DNA of 64,000 nucleotides from Roseibacillus sp. (lineage in GTDB: Bacteria; Verrucomicrobiota; Verrucomicrobiia; Verrucomicrobiales; Akkermansiaceae), in assembly GCA_051251855.1 (NCBI GenBank), contig JBPOGI010000001.1, forward strand, positions 1,760,001-1,824,000. The letters are read 5' to 3'. Made by a program: the position numbers and the translations under genes. Position 1 is the first letter of the stretch; the number at the start of each line of letters is the position of its first letter. The notes under the pieces were generated by a model that was given only the letters and a program-made list of their open reading frames with translations, was not told the origin of the DNA and made no database searches. Positions 61,594 through 64,000 of this stretch are shown piece by piece.

Positions 61594-63084
61594 CTAACTC
61601 AGCGCCGAACCACGCAGACTCTCACTTAAAAACTGCCGCCGAGAAAGCACCTCGCGATAACGTTCATGCTCTTCTTGGTCAGGCTCACATCGACTACCCT
61701 CGGCAGGTTCAGCCGCATAGGCCGCGATTTCCTGATAGCTGAGGTCTTCCCCGCTCTCTGCAAAAAAGGTCACTGCCGCTTGCAAGGCTCCACCCAGTGC
61801 AGCCCCATCTCCCCCCTTCACCGCCGCCACCGGCAATCCAAAGACGTTCGACACCAGCTGCCGCCATACCCGACTCCGAGACCAATCTCCCGCCACATGC
61901 ACATGCTTAGGTTCGAAACCCAGTTCGGCGATTCGCTCCAAGCTATGCCCGAACTCGAGCGCCACCCCTTCAGCGGCCGCACGAGCCAAATTGATGGAAT
62001 TGTAGTTTTCACGCGTCATCCCGTGGAGGAATCTCGCCGGAACGCCGCTTTCCCCCGTCTCCGCCAGCGGCAAAAACACCAGCCCCCCCGCCCCACAAGG
62101 AGCCGCATGAACCGCCTGCTCCAACTTGTCAGACGACCAACCAAACGTACTGCTTACCATCTCCAACGGGTCTGTAGCCCCCAGCGTTGCCACCGTCGGC
62201 ATCCATTGGTCGGTGCTATCGCAAAAACAATTCACTTCCCCTCGAGGGTCCACAATGGGTTCCCGGCTCACTCCCGAAACACGGCCCTCATAGCCGAGCC
62301 TGACCGTCACTCCCCCAGAAGAAACATTACCCGCACCGATAGCTTCCATCATCGCAGTATTGCCACCCGCACTCACCAAAATCTCTCCTGACAACCCCCA
62401 TGAAGCCGCCAAATCCGCCCGCAATAACCCCTGCGACCCACGCGACGACGACAATGCTGGCAAACACTCTCCCAAGCGCGCATCGATCAGATTCAGAATC
62501 GGCTGCGACCACTCGCGACTCCGCACATCCATCAGCCCCGACACAGAAGCATCGCCAAACTCCATTCGCTTGGCGCCAGTCAGCCAATAGTTCAGAAAAT
62601 CATGGGGTGTCAATATCGTCGCCAACTGCTCAAAGTGATGCCGCTCACGCTTCTTCAACCAATGTAAAAAAGCCGGCGCGCCATCGTTGGAGACGACATT
62701 ACCAGTCAACTCAATCATCCCAGGAGGCCCCCCGAATGCTTGGCTAATTTCCTCGCTCTCTTGCAGCATTGTCAAATCGCCCGCTAACTTTGCTGGCCGC
62801 AAAATACGGTTATCACGATCCAGAGTAACTAGTCCGCCACTCTGAGCACTCACTCCAATCCCCGCTACCCGATCCCGGCCAGGCCCTAATCGCGCTAAAC
62901 ATTGCCGCACCGCTGAATCCAGCGCTGAAATCCAACCCGCAGGATCCTGCTCACGGGCTCCCTCCGGCAATCCCGAAAGCAACTGGTGATCCGAGGTCCC
63001 CTCAGCCACGACCGCTGCAGCCTCCAAATCCAACGCTGCTACAACAGTGCGGTGAACATTAGAATCAATACCGAGGAAGAACAT
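61594..63084 (-). CDS. FGGY-family (xylulokinase-like) protein with degenerate active site
   Basis: EQDP..W, GVSAQ, PHDFLNYWLTG, GDASVSG fold motifs present; catalytic motifs altered. Confidence 0.8.
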   Translation of the reverse strand: MFFLGIDSNVHRTVVAALDLEAAAVVAEGTSDHQLLSGLPEGAREQDPAGWISALDSAVRQCLARLGPGRDRVAGIGVSAQSGGLVTLDRDNRILRPAKLAGDLTMLQESEEISQAFGGPPGMIELTGNVVSNDGAPAFLHWLKKRERHHFEQLATILTPHDFLNYWLTGAKRMEFGDASVSGLMDVRSREWSQPILNLIDARLGECLPALSSSRGSQGLLRADLAASWGLSGEILVSAGGNTAMMEAIGAGNVSSGGVTVRLGYEGRVSGVSREPIVDPRGEVNCFCDSTDQWMPTVATLGATDPLEMVSSTFGWSSDKLEQAVHAAPCGAGGLVFLPLAETGESGVPARFLHGMTRENYNSINLARAAAEGVALEFGHSLERIAELGFEPKHVHVAGDWSRSRVWRQLVSNVFGLPVAAVKGGDGAALGGALQAAVTFFAESGEDLSYQEIAAYAAEPAEGSRCEPDQEEHERYREVLSRRQFLSESLRGSALS

Positions 63085-63282
63085 GAGAGTTGGATAGTCA
63101 ATAACCTTTAAGCCTCTCTGACAATCGCGAAGACCGTTCTACCCTGACCGCATTGAATCCCGCCTGTGAGCCTATCTAGGGGACACCCCCAAGAAAGCGA
63201 AAGCCCCTGAGCAGTAAAGAGGAGCCCGTTCTTCACAAAAAGTGCTCCTCAAATTCTCATACGAGAGAGAAACTCACCGCAA

Positions 63283-64000
63283 TCACTCTTTTTTACGGCG
63301 ACCTCGCGAGGACTTCGTAGCGGTCTTTTTTGCGCTCGCCTTCCTAGAAGTGCGCTTTCGTGAACCACTGCTCTTAGAATTTCCACCCGAGTCACCCGAG
63401 TCACCCGAGTCTCTCGAGCCACGAGTATTTCGTTTCACTCCGCTCTTACGAGCCGAATTCTTCTTGGAGTTTCCTTGCGACTCTCCACCGGGAACGGTGG
63501 CAATCTCAACAATTGAGAAGTCTACCCTCTGCTCAACGAAGTCAATTTTCTTCACCTTAAGCTTCACCGGCACCCCACCCTGAACACGCTGGTCCCGGTT
63601 GTCGAAAGAAGGACCACTGCCATTAAACCTCCACCCTCGCCCCGGAAGGTCGTCAAATTTCACCAAGCCCTTCTGCATGATATCTGTTGCCTCCACGAAC
63701 AAGCCCATGGAACGCACCTCAGTTACTACCCCGACGAAGACGGGAGGATCGTCGGAAGTCCGAGTCATCTCTAGCCACTCTAAAAGCTTGAGAGTCTTCG
63801 TCTCTTGCTCAGCAAAGCTCGAGTTGCGCTCAGTCTCAGATATATGAACTGCAGCTTCTTTACACTCCTTCTGACCCATGGTTCGGTCAGGATTCTCAGG
63901 ACGATTACTCAGTAATCCCTGCAAAGCTCGGTGAACCACTAAGTCCGCATACCGCCGAATCGGACTCGTGAAGTGAGCATAATCTGCCTTAGCCAAGCCA
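63283..64000 (-). CDS. rnr: Ribonuclease R, C-terminal part (runs off window)
   Basis: YAHFTSPIRRYADL, S1 domain, basic C-terminal tail. Confidence 0.9.
   Translation of the reverse strand, partial: GLAKADYAHFTSPIRRYADLVVHRALQGLLSNRPENPDRTMGQKECKEAAVHISETERNSSFAEQETKTLKLLEWLEMTRTSDDPPVFVGVVTEVRSMGLFVEATDIMQKGLVKFDDLPGRGWRFNGSGPSFDNRDQRVQGGVPVKLKVKKIDFVEQRVDFSIVEIATVPGGESQGNSKKNSARKSGVKRNTRGSRDSGDSGDSGGNSKSSGSRKRTSRKASAKKTATKSSRGRRKKE
63384..63410. repeat. 9-bp tandem repeat x3 in rnr tail
   Basis: cacccgagt x3; encodes DSGDSGDSG. Confidence 0.8.

Noticed and set aside
63090..63280. Possible structured RNA between rnr and the FGGY gene
   Set aside because: Only short stems (gaggagc/gctcctc); no recognisable riboswitch or ncRNA motif

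Overview
Bacterial chromosomal window, most consistent with a Verrucomicrobiota (Akkermansiaceae/Roseibacillus-like) genome. That assignment is inferred from the long GreA, the SecA with an N-terminal insertion, the PATR-repeat protein and the repeat families. Housekeeping genes include greA, nadE, secA, icd (monomeric), nadK, tlyA, selA, folD and the 3' part of rnr. The strongest hidden feature is a selenoprotein that the ORF track splits, lying directly downstream of selA: 51910..52785, a lipoprotein with an in-frame UGA in VPG-U-GPC, a bacterial SECIS-like hairpin, and a thioredoxin-like domain fused to an MsrA-like domain. Mobile and repeat features: a RAYT transposase flanked by two REPIN-like units, a decayed yefM-yoeB pair bracketed by 100-bp direct repeats, two MITE-like palindromic elements (one places an extended -10 before secA), and degenerate attC-like remnants in a cluster of small co-oriented genes. 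Protein-level oddities: four secreted proteins sharing a C-terminal module ending in FxR(L/V)xV/I, and a probable FGGY pseudokinase. No tRNA, rRNA or CRISPR array was recognised. All calls come from reading motifs by eye; no database searches were run.
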